From an uncultured Chloroflexia bacterium (GTDB lineage Bacteria > Chloroflexota > Chloroflexia > QHBQ01 > JADMIH01), in assembly GCA_963797095.1 (NCBI GenBank), contig CAWCNY010000002.1, forward strand, positions 608,001-672,000: a stretch of DNA of 64,000 nucleotides. Reading direction: 5' to 3'. The notes beneath the pieces are model-generated. The model worked only from the letters and a program-made list of their open reading frames with translations, made no database searches and was not told the DNA's origin. The stretch's first letter is position 1. Each line of letters starts with the position of its first letter. A program made the position numbers and the translations under genes. Shown piece by piece: positions 1 to 10,769 of the stretch.

Positions 1-1311
1 TTGGCTCATGATGTCAGCGGCTGTGCGTATCTGCATACGGTAACTATCTTGCTGCGCAGGAAGCACTTCGCGCTGCTGTTGTGGGGTGAGCCGCCCGAAC
101 GGAATACTCTCCCTCAGCATACGCAGCAGACCGGGCCTGGTCTGTGCGTGCTCCCTCATGACCAGGTCCCGGTCGGCCACTATGCCGACCACATGCATGT
201 GCTCCCTGCTGTCTACCACAACCAGGCGTCGCGGGCAGGGTGGGGTGATCAGCATCTCCACCACTTCGTGGTGGATTGTACCGGCTGTCACCACAGGAAC
301 GTTCCTGTCGAGTATGTCGCCGAGGCGAATGAGGCGCTGGGGTTGCTCGTTGGTCAGATCTTCGCCATCTATACCTGCCTGTGGGAAGATGCTACTTGCT
401 GCTTTCAGTATATCCAATCTCCCGATTATGCCGACCATCCGGTCAAAAGAGTCTACCACCGGGACACGTTTTATTCCCTTTTCCGCCATCAATTGAGCGG
501 CCTCCAGGGCTGTCGTTTGTGGCGAGATAGTGACCAGAGGGCCCGTGCTCATGAGGTCGCGGGCCAGCAGATGAGAGGAACGCAGGTCACCCAGGATCTC
601 CTGGAAACCGCTCTCCCCGCTCGCCTCAAGGGCCTCAAGTATGCTCAATCTGTACGGCAACCGGCCCTTTTCCATGAGGTCCCCATCGGTTATCATCCCG
701 ACCACTCGATTATCTCGGTCCACCACCGGCAGGGTCTTGTAGTACTTGCCGAGCAGCATCCGGACTACATCTGCCGCCGAAGTAGCTGGGTGTACGTATA
801 CAACATGCCTCTCCATGAGATCCGCCACTGACGGTGGCGGGGTGCTCGGTGCACCGGGCGAGCCAAGCAAGCTGCCTGTCTGGCGCTTACCTCCGGGCAA
901 GCTGGGGTGCAGGTAGCGATGGGCCTCAAGGTCCTGGACGGTGATCAGCCCGCCATTTACGCGCACCATAGCCTCCAGTAGCGGGAGCATCGGTTCCACC
1001 CGCCAGGCGGCATCCACGATGATAATTACCAGGGGCAATTTCTGCTGTAGATCGGCGAAACCGGAGGTCTGTATCGTGTGGCTGGAAGCGCTGTACCCGG
1101 CCAGCCCTTTGAGAACTGTAGCTCCCGCCGAGTTATGCTCTCTGGCTAATTCGAGGATCTTCAGGTAGAGGGGCTTGCGCTCGTAGTGGTCGGTCTCGCT
1201 GATAAAGATCGTCAATTGCTGCATCCGCTCGTAGCCATATCCAGGCTTTTGTTGTGAGCTCGTTTGACCGGAGCCTTCTTCTTGATCCGGCTTTTTAAAA
1301 TCATCGATCAT
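1..1311 (-). CDS. DUF190 (PII-like) domain fused to tandem CBS domains; 3' end runs off the window
   Basis: Not in the ORF track; translated by hand from ATG at 1311 (GAGG upstream). MIDDF...QLTIFISETDHYERKPLYLKILELAREHNSAGATVLKGLAGY is DUF190-like, followed by CBS motifs (YKTLPVVDRDNRVVGMITDGDL, IKRVPVVDSFDRMVGIIGRLDI). The frame is open to position 1. Confidence 0.85.
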   Translation of the reverse strand, partial: MIDDFKKPDQEEGSGQTSSQQKPGYGYERMQQLTIFISETDHYERKPLYLKILELAREHNSAGATVLKGLAGYSASSHTIQTSGFADLQQKLPLVIIIVDAAWRVEPMLPLLEAMVRVNGGLITVQDLEAHRYLHPSLPGGKRQTGSLLGSPGAPSTPPPSVADLMERHVVYVHPATSAADVVRMLLGKYYKTLPVVDRDNRVVGMITDGDLMEKGRLPYRLSILEALEASGESGFQEILGDLRSSHLLARDLMSTGPLVTISPQTTALEAAQLMAEKGIKRVPVVDSFDRMVGIIGRLDILKAASSIFPQAGIDGEDLTNEQPQRLIRLGDILDRNVPVVTAGTIHHEVVEMLITPPCPRRLVVVDSREHMHVVGIVADRDLVMREHAQTRPGLLRMLRESIPFGRLTPQQQREVLPAQQDSYRMQIRTAADIMSQ

Positions 1312-1424
1312 CGTTCTATGTGCCTCATAACTTCCTGCGGACCATGCCTGAAGAACGCCGTGCGCCCAGGATCATAGCACCTACGATCCTACCTGATGCC
1401 GTCCACAAAGCATTCGTTATTAGC

Positions 1425-1453
1425 AGTGTAAATATAACACCGCAACGATGCAA
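1425..1453 (-). promoter_or_regulatory. Putative sigma70-type internal promoter for the DUF190-CBS gene
   Basis: Minus strand reads TTGCAT-N17-TACACT. Confidence 0.45.
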
Positions 1454-1533
1454 AGCGAAACCCTTAATTGTGGGGTTGTGTAACCTTTGTTTTGCAGGCA
1501 ACTCACTGAAGTAACGAGTTGTGCCACACGGCT

Positions 1534-2397
1534 TTACCGCAAATTGAGCAGCGTCGGCAGGCTTCCCGCCGCTTGCTCTACGCTGCGTGCAGGCGCTTTA
1601 AATTCATCCCCGCGCGGCTCGTCCGAGTACCTGTAGTCATATTTACGCACTACTTCGGCCAGTTCTGCTACGGTCCTTTCCATCCTGGCTCGCTGGGCTT
1701 GCACAAGCACCCTCACGAGTGCATCAGAGGCAAGCAGACGCAGCACCCTACGAAAGTGCGGCAGGCAGAGTCCCACCTCGTGCTTCCGGTACGCTTCCCT
1801 GAATTCGCCATGTGTAAGCCCCCTGGCAAACGCATCGGCCAGGTCCTTCTCTCGCTTGACGGTGTATTCGCACGCCGGGCAAGGCGCTTGAGGCTCCAAT
1901 GCTGCCGCCAGTGTGGGGCCAACATCCAAATCTCTGCGGCCATTGCCGCTATTGCTGAGAAACTTCTGCAACTTGTCCATAAAGCTCTCGTCGCCCGTAC
2001 CCGCAATCACCTCATCATCATTCTTCCGGCTGCCTGCTTTACCCGATGGAGCAACATACACTTGCAAGACATCCAGCACATGGCTCAGCACATCGCGCCA
2101 GATTATGGCCGTGCCGAGCGTATCTTGCAGACGCAGCCATTCCTGCCCATGTACCGCGCAGTAGCCTAATGCCTTGCGTAACCCGGCCCTGATATCCAGG
2201 TCATTTACGCTCTCGTATGAGATGCTATCCAGGTAGTTGACCACTCCTTTGTGCACAAGGTGGCAGATGGGGCAGTGCGCGCCCCGTTGTTGCAAAGCCC
2301 GCAAGAGGTTGGATTCGGTTTGGTTCATAGAGCCATCCGCACCGGTAGATAATTCCCCATCTCTATTCCGGCTTGCGTTATCACGGCTTGCTGTCAT
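1534..2397 (-). CDS. DUF6062-like protein with duplicated CPxC...CxxH motifs
   Basis: Motifs CPICHL, YESVND, GYCAVH, CPACEY and LCLPHF. Start moved to the ATG at 2397 behind AGGTAGGTGG. Confidence 0.7.
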   Translation of the reverse strand: MTASRDNASRNRDGELSTGADGSMNQTESNLLRALQQRGAHCPICHLVHKGVVNYLDSISYESVNDLDIRAGLRKALGYCAVHGQEWLRLQDTLGTAIIWRDVLSHVLDVLQVYVAPSGKAGSRKNDDEVIAGTGDESFMDKLQKFLSNSGNGRRDLDVGPTLAAALEPQAPCPACEYTVKREKDLADAFARGLTHGEFREAYRKHEVGLCLPHFRRVLRLLASDALVRVLVQAQRARMERTVAELAEVVRKYDYRYSDEPRGDEFKAPARSVEQAAGSLPTLLNLR

Positions 2398-2887
2398 AGT
2401 TACCACCTACCTGCTTCCCATCTGCCTGTGCTACAGGGCGATGTTGCCCGTGATGGAACAGCACCTTATCCATCACGAGTACAAGGTATATAAGCTCCTC
2501 AATCTCAGGGTCAAGCGCCGGTGAAAGAGCAGGATTTACGCTGCCGTACCGCCGTAGCTTATGCGATCTGGTATCTTCCAGGTTAGCCCACATCTCAACC
2601 AACCTGCCGTGCGCCTCTTTCGCCAGGTCAGCCGTTTCAGGTTCGAAGCCGAACCTGCCGGCAAGTCGCTCTATAGCTGCGCGTGCCCTCAGCACCAGGC
2701 CCGCCAGGTGGGCACGTTCTTCCGGGGTCAGGGGATTGACGACCGAAACCATGATCCCTTCCCTTGTCCCCTCTGGTTCTGTGCAAAGCTGCTCCACGCT
2801 GAATAATATCCGCTCAAGCATACGAAGCGTGACGCTTACCCCTTGAGCCTGATATGGAGATAAGATGGCGGAGCCGGACTCTTCCAT
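2381..2887 (-). CDS. Hypothetical helical protein, first gene behind the fluoride riboswitch
   Basis: ORF MEESGSAIL...LEDTRSHKLRRYG. The longer ORF-track start lies inside the riboswitch and is unlikely. Overlaps the start of the next gene. Confidence 0.7.
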   Translation of the reverse strand: MEESGSAILSPYQAQGVSVTLRMLERILFSVEQLCTEPEGTREGIMVSVVNPLTPEERAHLAGLVLRARAAIERLAGRFGFEPETADLAKEAHGRLVEMWANLEDTRSHKLRRYGSVNPALSPALDPEIEELIYLVLVMDKVLFHHGQHRPVAQADGKQVGGNYDSKP

Positions 2888-2913
2888 ACTGCACTTCCTG
2901 CATTCGCAACAAA

Positions 2914-2953
2914 CAAAAAAGCCTCTACCACTGCCGCAGGCAGTATAGAAGCC
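2914..2953 (-). terminator. Intrinsic terminator, expression platform of the fluoride riboswitch
   Basis: Minus strand GGCTTCTATACTGCC-TGC-GGCAGTGGTAGAGGC-TTTTTT. The 5' arm overlaps the 3' end of the aptamer. Confidence 0.85.
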
Positions 2954-3010
2954 ATCAGGACCTTGTCCGAGCAGTTGCCACAGGAGCAACTACGGCGGGC
3001 CTCATCACCC
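2943..3010 (-). ncRNA. Fluoride (crcB-motif) riboswitch
   Basis: Minus strand GGTGATGAGGCCCGCC...AACTGC...GGAC-AAG-GTCC-TGATGGCTTCTA matches the aptamer consensus (GGYGAUGRRGYYCRCC...AACYGC...UGAUGRCYYCUR). A terminator follows, and a DUF190 gene lies downstream. Confidence 0.9.
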
Positions 3011-3055
3011 GGTCAAGTTGTGTGCGCTTACCGCATACAAATCTCCCCTGGCAAT

Positions 3056-3085
3056 AGTCTACGGCAAGAAACGTGCCCCCGTCAA
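3056..3085 (-). promoter_or_regulatory. Putative sigma70 promoter of the riboswitch leader
   Basis: Minus strand TTGACG-N18-TAGACT, about 45 nt upstream of the aptamer. Confidence 0.55.
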
Positions 3086-3103
3086 GGCGATTGCTGCGCG
3101 TTG

Positions 3104-3146
3104 TTCACCTGATTACACCCGATTTGTCACCCGCTGCCTGTAAGAT
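3104..3146 (+). promoter_or_regulatory. Phased-box promoter (eno)
   Basis: TTCACC(3104) TACACC(3114) GTCACC(3126), N9, TAAGAT(3141). Three boxes. Confidence 0.7.
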
Positions 3147-3178
3147 ATTTTCGGTTGCACACTGCACCTCTGCCCTGA

Positions 3179-4552
<1,374 letters not shown>

Positions 4553-4569
4553 ATTAGAGCTGATAAACC

Positions 4570-4588
4570 GAGTTGCGAGTTGCGAGTT
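4570..4588. repeat. Heptamer tandem repeat (GAGTTGC)x2.7
   Basis: Read directly, just downstream of eno. Confidence 0.7.
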
Positions 4589-4628
4589 TTTGGTACAACC
4601 TCCCGCTTCCCTAAGCGGTCCTATTATT

Positions 4629-4682
4629 GCCACCGGGCGTTCACCTCCGTTTACCACCCGTTCCACCTTCATCCTTTAGATT
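4629..4682 (+). promoter_or_regulatory. Phased-box promoter (SQR-like gene)
   Basis: GCCACC(4629) TTCACC(4640) TTTACC(4650) TCCACC(4662), N9, TAGATT(4677). Spacing 11-10-12. Confidence 0.75.
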
Positions 4683-4713
4683 TGATACTGGAGGCCCACA
4701 CGTGGTAGTTGGC

Positions 4714-4781
4714 AGTCGGTAGTCGGTAGTCGGATCTTCGGGCTAAATACTCGTCACCCGTCACCCGTCACCCGTCACTCG
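4714..4781. repeat. Heptamer arrays (AGTCGGT)x~3 and (CCGTCAC)x~4
   Basis: Read directly in the leader of the SQR-like gene. Confidence 0.85.
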
Positions 4782-4808
4782 CTTCCTTCTCGCAATCAGA
4801 TATATGTC

Positions 4809-6096
4809 ATGAAGAATCTGACTTAAAGGAAAGCCCAGGATCATAATATTAGGCGGAGGCTTTGGTGGTCTAGAGGCCGCTCTCTATCTGCGAGCACGCA
4901 TGCCCGATCAGGCCGACATCACCATTGTTTCCGACAAAGACTACTTCCTCTTCAAGCCCAACACCATCTACATACCTTTCGGCCTCGACCCTCGCAAGCT
5001 CCTCGTTCATCTATCGAAGCCTGTCCAGCGCAGAAACATAAATCTCATCAACGCCAGCGCCCGCGAAATAGACCCCATCTCCAGGCGCGTCTATTTCGAT
5101 AGCCACACCGACCTCCCCGACCTCTCGTACGACTATCTCGTAGTCGCCACAGGCGCGGAGATGCGTCCTGGTGCCATCCCCGGCATGAGCCAATACTCCC
5201 ACACTATCAGCACCACCGCCGACATGCTCCAACTGCGCGAGGCCTTCCACCACCTCCTCGACGACCCAGGCAGAGCGCGCACACGAAAAGTGCTATTCCT
5301 CGTCCCGCCCAACAACAAGTGCTCCGGCCCCCTCTACGAAATGGCGATCATGCTCGATACCTGGCTCAAGCGCAAGAGAGCGCGCCATCAAATAGACATA
5401 ACCTGGTCCACATACGAGGAGAGCTACCTCCAGGCTTTTGGCCCCCGCCTGCACGAAGTAGTAACCCGCGAGTTCCAACAGCGCAACATCACCGGGTACA
5501 ACAGCTATGTGGTCGACAGAGTAGAAAAAGGCCAGGTCGTATACAAAAACGACCAGAGCCTCCCCTTCGACCTGCTGGTCTCCTTCCCACCTTACGAAGC
5601 CTCATCGCGCTTCCTCCATCTCCCCATTGACGAGCGCGGTTTCATAGCCACCAACCTCGAATCAAGGCAGGTGGTCGGCTATCCCGGCGTCTATGCCGTG
5701 GGCGATGCCTCCGACTTCCCCGTAAAACAGGCGTTCCTCGCCTTCCTGCAAGCCGATGCCGCCGCCGACCACCTGAGCGCCGAGATACTTGGCACCGCGC
5801 CCGCTGTGGCGTTCGAGCCTTCCAATCTCTGCATCTCAGATGAGTCCGACGACTACCGGCTACCGGCTACAGGCAACTCGGAACCTGGAACTCGGAACAA
5901 TGAACTCGGAACAATGCGCCCTGATGTCAACCATCTGTACAAGGTAGGCTCGTCGCCGATCTGGCGGCTTGGCAAGATGGCCCTGGGCCTCTATCTACCC
6001 TGGCGTTTCAAGGCAGACAACCCCTTCTACGCCAATGTCCCCTGGAAAGGGATCGAGGCGGGCGTCAAGCTCATGTCGGGTCCGGCGTCTCGCTAA
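4809..6096 (+). pseudogene. Sulfide:quinone oxidoreductase-like FAD/NAD(P) oxidoreductase with a 5' frameshift (real lesion or sequence error)
   Basis: The Rossmann motif KPRIIILGGGFGGLEAA lies in frame upstream of the called ATG at 4900 but has no in-frame start. ATG 4809 (MKNLT) joins it if one T near 4824 is removed. Body motifs: YDYLVVATG, KCSGPLYE, VYAVGDA. Confidence 0.7.
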
Positions 6097-6121
6097 TTCT
6101 CAACGAAATATATCGCCTCCA

Positions 6122-6175
6122 TTAACGCAATTTCTACCTATTTTCACCAATTCTTCTACCTTAAATCTTCATACT
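6122..6175 (+). promoter_or_regulatory. Phased-box promoter (cydABDC)
   Basis: TTAACG(6122) TCTACC(6133) TTCACC(6143) TCTACC(6155), N9, CATACT(6170). Spacing 11-10-12. Confidence 0.7.
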
Positions 6176-6374
6176 GAATGTGGCCTGCTCGCCTGGCTTG
6201 AGCAGGCTGCTTAATTGAGGCATGGTCATAAATACCAATTACGCACAATTTGACGCTCACGATGTGGTCTGAATAGAGCCAAAATACGCGGTTCGGCTCA
6301 CTATCTGATCCGTCGCCACGCGTGAAAAATGAATTATGACCATGCCTCGCTTAATTCTTCTAAGGAGGCGCAAC

Positions 6375-7769
6375 GTGAGTGCGTTGGATTTGTCCCGGTG
6401 GCAGTTTGCCATTACCACCATTTACCACTTCTTCTTCGTGCCGCTTACCCTGGGCCTGTCTCTGCTCGTTGCAATCATTCAGACCCTCTACTTCCGCACC
6501 GGCAACGATACCTATAAGCGTATGGCTCGCTTCTGGGGACGGCTCTTCATAATCAACTTCATCCTGGGTGTTGCCACGGGCATCGTGCAGGAGTTCCAGT
6601 TTGGCATGAACTGGTCTGAGTACTCCCGCTTCGTTGGCGACATCTTCGGCGCTCCCCTGGCGATCGAAGCTCTACTCGCTTTCTTCCTCGAGTCCACCTT
6701 CATCGGCATCTGGGTGTTCGGTTGGGACAAACTCGGCAAGCGCCTGCACCTCGCCTCTATCTGGTTGGTGTGGCTCGGCAGCAACATCTCCGCGTTCTGG
6801 ATCCTCGCGGCCAACTCCTTCATGCAGGAGCCTGTGGGCTACACGATCCGCAATAGCCGCGCTGAAATGACCGATTTCTTCGCCCTCCTGGGCAACCCCA
6901 ACCTGTGGGTGCAGTTCCCCCATGTCGTGATGGGCGGCATCGCCACCGCTGCCTTCTTCGTCCTCGGCATCAGCGCCTATCACCTCCTGCGCAACCGCCC
7001 CGGCACCGACACCGATTTCTTCCGCCGCTCAGCCGTTGTCGGCATCGTCGCCGCCGTCACTGGTAGCATCCTGGTGGCTATGGTAGGCCACACCCAGGGC
7101 CAGCACATGGTTGAAACGCAGCCGATGAAAATGGCCGCTGCTGAGGCTCTCTTCACCGACGAGTCGCCCGCAAGCATGTCTATCTTCACCATCGGCAACG
7201 AGCAAGACCGTACCGATGTCTTCTCGATCCGCATACCCAACCTCCTCTCGATCCTGGCCTACAACCGCCCTGAGGGACTGGTCCAGGGCATCGACACTCT
7301 ACAGGCCGAATACCAGCAAAAGTATGGCCCCGGCGACTACGTGCCCCAGCCGATCTGGCTCATCTATTGGAGCTTCCGTGCGATGGTCGGTGCTGGCGTG
7401 CTGATGATCCTGCTAGCCATTCTCGCCCTCATATTCTTGCTGCGAGGCACGCTGGAGAAGCGGCGCTGGCTCCTGTGGCTCCTCCCCTTCGCCATCGCCC
7501 TCCCCTACATCGCCAACACCGGCGGCTGGATCATGACCGAGGTTGGCCGCCAGCCCTGGATAGTAAACGGCCTGCTGAGAACCGCCGATGGCGTGTCGCC
7601 CATCGGGGCAGGCTCCGTGCTCCTGTCGCTGATCCTCTTCACGGTCATCTACGGGGCGCTCGCGGTGGTCGATGTTTACCTGCTGGTGAAGAATGCCGGG
7701 GCCGGAGGTGCCCAGAGCGCGCCAACAACCGAAGCAGGCGCCGAGCCTGAGCTGGTTGGAGCTTATTGA
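6375..7769 (+). CDS. cydA: Cytochrome bd quinol oxidase subunit I
   Basis: Motifs LSRWQFA..IYHFFFVPLT, QEFQFGMNW, QPMKMAAAE and EVGRQPW. GTG start behind AAGGAGG. Confidence 0.97.
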   Translation: MSALDLSRWQFAITTIYHFFFVPLTLGLSLLVAIIQTLYFRTGNDTYKRMARFWGRLFIINFILGVATGIVQEFQFGMNWSEYSRFVGDIFGAPLAIEALLAFFLESTFIGIWVFGWDKLGKRLHLASIWLVWLGSNISAFWILAANSFMQEPVGYTIRNSRAEMTDFFALLGNPNLWVQFPHVVMGGIATAAFFVLGISAYHLLRNRPGTDTDFFRRSAVVGIVAAVTGSILVAMVGHTQGQHMVETQPMKMAAAEALFTDESPASMSIFTIGNEQDRTDVFSIRIPNLLSILAYNRPEGLVQGIDTLQAEYQQKYGPGDYVPQPIWLIYWSFRAMVGAGVLMILLAILALIFLLRGTLEKRRWLLWLLPFAIALPYIANTGGWIMTEVGRQPWIVNGLLRTADGVSPIGAGSVLLSLILFTVIYGALAVVDVYLLVKNAGAGGAQSAPTTEAGAEPELVGAY

Positions 7770-7874
7770 TATCAACAAAGGGCTGCTAAGGGGTGCGGAG
7801 TGTCGCCCGACTTTCCTCCTCCTGATTACAGCCCTTTCGGAAGGGATTGGTAATAGACCAAAGGAGTTAACGCA

Positions 7875-8888
7875 ATGGATCTGAACACTTTCTGGTTCAT
7901 CCTGGTCACAGTGTTATTCATAGGCTTCTTCTTCCTCGAAGGCTTCGACTACGGGGTGGGTATCCTCCTCCCCTTCCTGGGGAAGAACGACGCCGAGCAA
8001 AGGCAGGTCATCTCAACCATCGGCCCTTTCTGGGACGGCAACGAAGTGTGGCTCCTGACCGCGGGCGGCGCAATCTTCGCGGCCTTCCCCAACTGGTATG
8101 CCACCCTCTTCAGCGGCTTCTACCTGCCGCTCTTGCTGGTGCTCATTGCCCTTATCCTGCGCGCTGTCGGCTTCGAGTTCCGCAATCGCGAGGAGCGCGC
8201 AAGCTGGCGCTCCTTCTGGACCTGGATGATCTTCGGCGGGAGCATATTGCCCGCCCTCCTGTGGGGCGTCGCCATCACCAACATCATGGAAGGCGTGCCA
8301 ATCGACGCCAAGATGCAGTACGTTGGCGGTTTCTTCAACCTGCTCAACCCCTATGCCCTCCTTGGCGGCCTCACCTTCGTAGTTCTCTTCGCCTTCCACG
8401 GCGCGGTCTTCATGACCCTTCGCACCGAAGGCCCCATGCTTGAGCGCGCCAAGAACACGGCCAATCGCCTCTGGCTCCCCACTGTGGTCCTGGTGCTCCT
8501 CTTCGTGGCTGGTGGCTACTTCTTCACCGATATCTTCACCCGCCTCGGCGTGAACCCCGGTGTCGCCCCCGTTGGCGCGGCTGCCGCCCTCCTCGCCGCC
8601 CGGTGGTTCCTCAGGAACCATCGAAGCGGCTGGGCCTTCGGCATGACCGGCCTCACAATCGCACTCGCCACTCTCACAATCTTCCAGGGCCTCTACCCGC
8701 GTGTGATGATCTCCAGCCTCGACCACGCCTTCGACCTCACCGTCTACAACGCCTCCTCCAGCCCCTACACCCTCGGCGTGATGAGTTGGATCGCCATAGG
8801 CTTCGTGCCCGTTGTCCTCGCCTACCAGGCCTGGAACTACTGGGTCTTCCGCAAGCGTATAGGCGCTTCCCCTGAGGGCCACATCTGA
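7875..8888 (+). CDS. cydB: Cytochrome bd quinol oxidase subunit II
   Basis: Motifs LEGFDYGVG and IGPFWDGNEVWL. RBS AAGGAG. Confidence 0.97.
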   Translation: MDLNTFWFILVTVLFIGFFFLEGFDYGVGILLPFLGKNDAEQRQVISTIGPFWDGNEVWLLTAGGAIFAAFPNWYATLFSGFYLPLLLVLIALILRAVGFEFRNREERASWRSFWTWMIFGGSILPALLWGVAITNIMEGVPIDAKMQYVGGFFNLLNPYALLGGLTFVVLFAFHGAVFMTLRTEGPMLERAKNTANRLWLPTVVLVLLFVAGGYFFTDIFTRLGVNPGVAPVGAAAALLAARWFLRNHRSGWAFGMTGLTIALATLTIFQGLYPRVMISSLDHAFDLTVYNASSSPYTLGVMSWIAIGFVPVVLAYQAWNYWVFRKRIGASPEGHI

Positions 8889-8897
8889 GAGGTGCTA

Positions 8898-8928
8898 TTG
8901 CCGGTCACAATGTCCCCGTGACCGGCAA
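8898..8928 (+). other. Hairpin between cydB and cydD (mRNA stabiliser or partial terminator)
   Basis: TTGCCGGTCAC-N9-GTGACCGGCAA. Confidence 0.5.
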
Positions 8929-8954
8929 CCTGCCCTCGGCAAGCGGTGATTGCC

Positions 8955-10769
8955 ATGAAACCCGACAAAAGACTTCTCCACCTTACTGGTAATTTACGCG
9001 CCTACCTCCTCGCTACCTCCACGTTGGGCGCGCTGGTTGGCTTAGCGGCAGTGGCGCAGGCTCTCTGTGTCAGCCAGGTCGTTGGCGGCGTTTTCCTCGG
9101 CGGTGCCGCATTTCCCCATGTAAGCCCATGGTTGTGGCTCCTCCTTGGCGTGATCGTGGCCCGCTCCCTCTTACTCCTCGTGGGTGAGGTCGCCGCCAAC
9201 AGGTCCGCCCGCCAGGCCAAGCTGCGTCTGCGCGCCCCCTTCTTCAGCCGTCTGCTGGCCTTCGGTCCCGACTACTCACGCAGTGAGCGCACAGGCGAGC
9301 TTGTCAGCGTCGCCACCGATGGCGTCGAATCTCTCGATGCCTATTTCAGCCAGTATCTACCACAGCTATTCAACACCATTCTGGTGCCCGCAATCGTTGC
9401 CGTGGCCGTCTTCAGCACCGACCTGCTTTCAGGCGTGGTGCTCCTCCTCACCGCCCCCGTCCTCCCCATCTTCATGATCCTGGTGGGCAAGCTGGCCGAC
9501 TCCCTCGCCCGCAAGCAGTGGCGCACCCTCAGCCTGATGAGCGCCCACTTCCTCGATGTCCTCTCCGGCCTCACCACCCTCAAGCTCTTCGGACGCAGTA
9601 CCATCCAGAAGGAGAAGATCGCTCAGATCAGCGAGCAGCACCGCAACGCCACCATGAGCGTGTTGCGCGTCGCCTTCCTCTCTGCCCTCGTGCTCGAATT
9701 GGCCGCCACCCTCAGCACCGCCATCATCGCCGTGGAGATCGGACTGCGCCTCCTCTACGGCGGCATACCCTTCGTTCAGGCATTCTTCGTCCTCCTTCTC
9801 GCCCCTGAGTTCTACATGCCTTTCCGCGCCCTGGGTGCCCGCTTCCACTCGGCCATGTCGGGTGGCGAAGCAGCCAACCGCATCCTCCAGATCATGTCCG
9901 ATGCCGATCAGCGCCTCCCTGCCCCCGGCACTACACATGTGGCCTCCCCGCCGCCCATGCCCGACCCGGCCAGGCAACCAATCCGCTTCGAAAACGTCTT
10001 TTACTCCTACGATCTCCCCGCAAGCGACACGCTTGACGACACCTCAAACGCCCAACCCACCTCAGCCGTCGATAATCGCCCCGCAGCCCTGCGCGGCATA
10101 TCATTCACCATCGAGTCTGGTAGCAAAACTGCTTTCATAGGTCCCAGCGGTGGCGGCAAATCCACCATTGCCCATCTTCTCTTGCGCTTCTCCGAGCCAT
10201 CCGCCGGTGCAATCTACCTGGGCGACACTCCCTTCGATGCCTACCCTCCCGACGAGTGGCGCAAGTTGGTTGCCTGGGTCCCCCAGCGACCCTATCTCTT
10301 CCACGCCACCGTGGCCGACAATATCCTCATGGGTAGGCCCAACGCGACCCCATCCGATCTCGAAGCAGCAGCCCGCGCCGCCCACGCCCACGACTTCATC
10401 ATATCCTTACCTCAGGGCTACCAAACCGTGATAGGAGAGCAAGGTGCCAGGCTAAGCGGCGGCCAGGCCCAGCGCATCGGCATAGCCCGCGCCTTCCTCA
10501 AAGACGCCCCAATCCTCATCCTCGACGAAGCCACCTCCAACCTCGACTCTGAGCACGAGCGCCTGGTAGTGCAATCGATAGATCGCCTCATGCAGGGCCG
10601 CACCACCCTAATAATCGCCCACCGCCTCGCCACCGTTGAGCAAGCCTGCAAAGTAGTCGTGCTGGACGGTGGCCGCATAATCGAATCGGGAAGCCCCCGC
10701 TCCCTGGCGGCCCAAAACGGAGCATACAGTCGTCTCCTCAGTACCCGGATCGGAACCGCCCACCCATGA
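8955..10769 (+). CDS. cydD: Thiol/heme ABC exporter subunit CydD
   Basis: Motifs YFSQYLPQ, GLTTLKLFGR, LLLAPEFY, GPSGGGKS and LSGGQAQR. Follows cydAB. Confidence 0.93.
   Translation: MKPDKRLLHLTGNLRAYLLATSTLGALVGLAAVAQALCVSQVVGGVFLGGAAFPHVSPWLWLLLGVIVARSLLLLVGEVAANRSARQAKLRLRAPFFSRLLAFGPDYSRSERTGELVSVATDGVESLDAYFSQYLPQLFNTILVPAIVAVAVFSTDLLSGVVLLLTAPVLPIFMILVGKLADSLARKQWRTLSLMSAHFLDVLSGLTTLKLFGRSTIQKEKIAQISEQHRNATMSVLRVAFLSALVLELAATLSTAIIAVEIGLRLLYGGIPFVQAFFVLLLAPEFYMPFRALGARFHSAMSGGEAANRILQIMSDADQRLPAPGTTHVASPPPMPDPARQPIRFENVFYSYDLPASDTLDDTSNAQPTSAVDNRPAALRGISFTIESGSKTAFIGPSGGGKSTIAHLLLRFSEPSAGAIYLGDTPFDAYPPDEWRKLVAWVPQRPYLFHATVADNILMGRPNATPSDLEAAARAAHAHDFIISLPQGYQTVIGEQGARLSGGQAQRIGIARAFLKDAPILILDEATSNLDSEHERLVVQSIDRLMQGRTTLIIAHRLATVEQACKVVVLDGGRIIESGSPRSLAAQNGAYSRLLSTRIGTAHP

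Noticed and set aside
1-831. 276-aa plus-strand ORF
   Set aside because: It is the antisense shadow of the minus-strand DUF190-CBS gene.
1338-1405. Possible second fluoride-riboswitch-like or structured RNA upstream of the DUF190 gene
   Set aside because: Only a fragment (CCTAC...TGATGCC) is suggestive. The GGYGATG...CGCC P1 element is missing on both strands.
4804-4821. Selenocysteine read-through (ATG TCA TGA AGA ATC TGA) to rescue the SQR-like gene
   Set aside because: It needs two UGAs in a non-catalytic leader and no SECIS-like hairpin is evident. A 1-nt frameshift is simpler.
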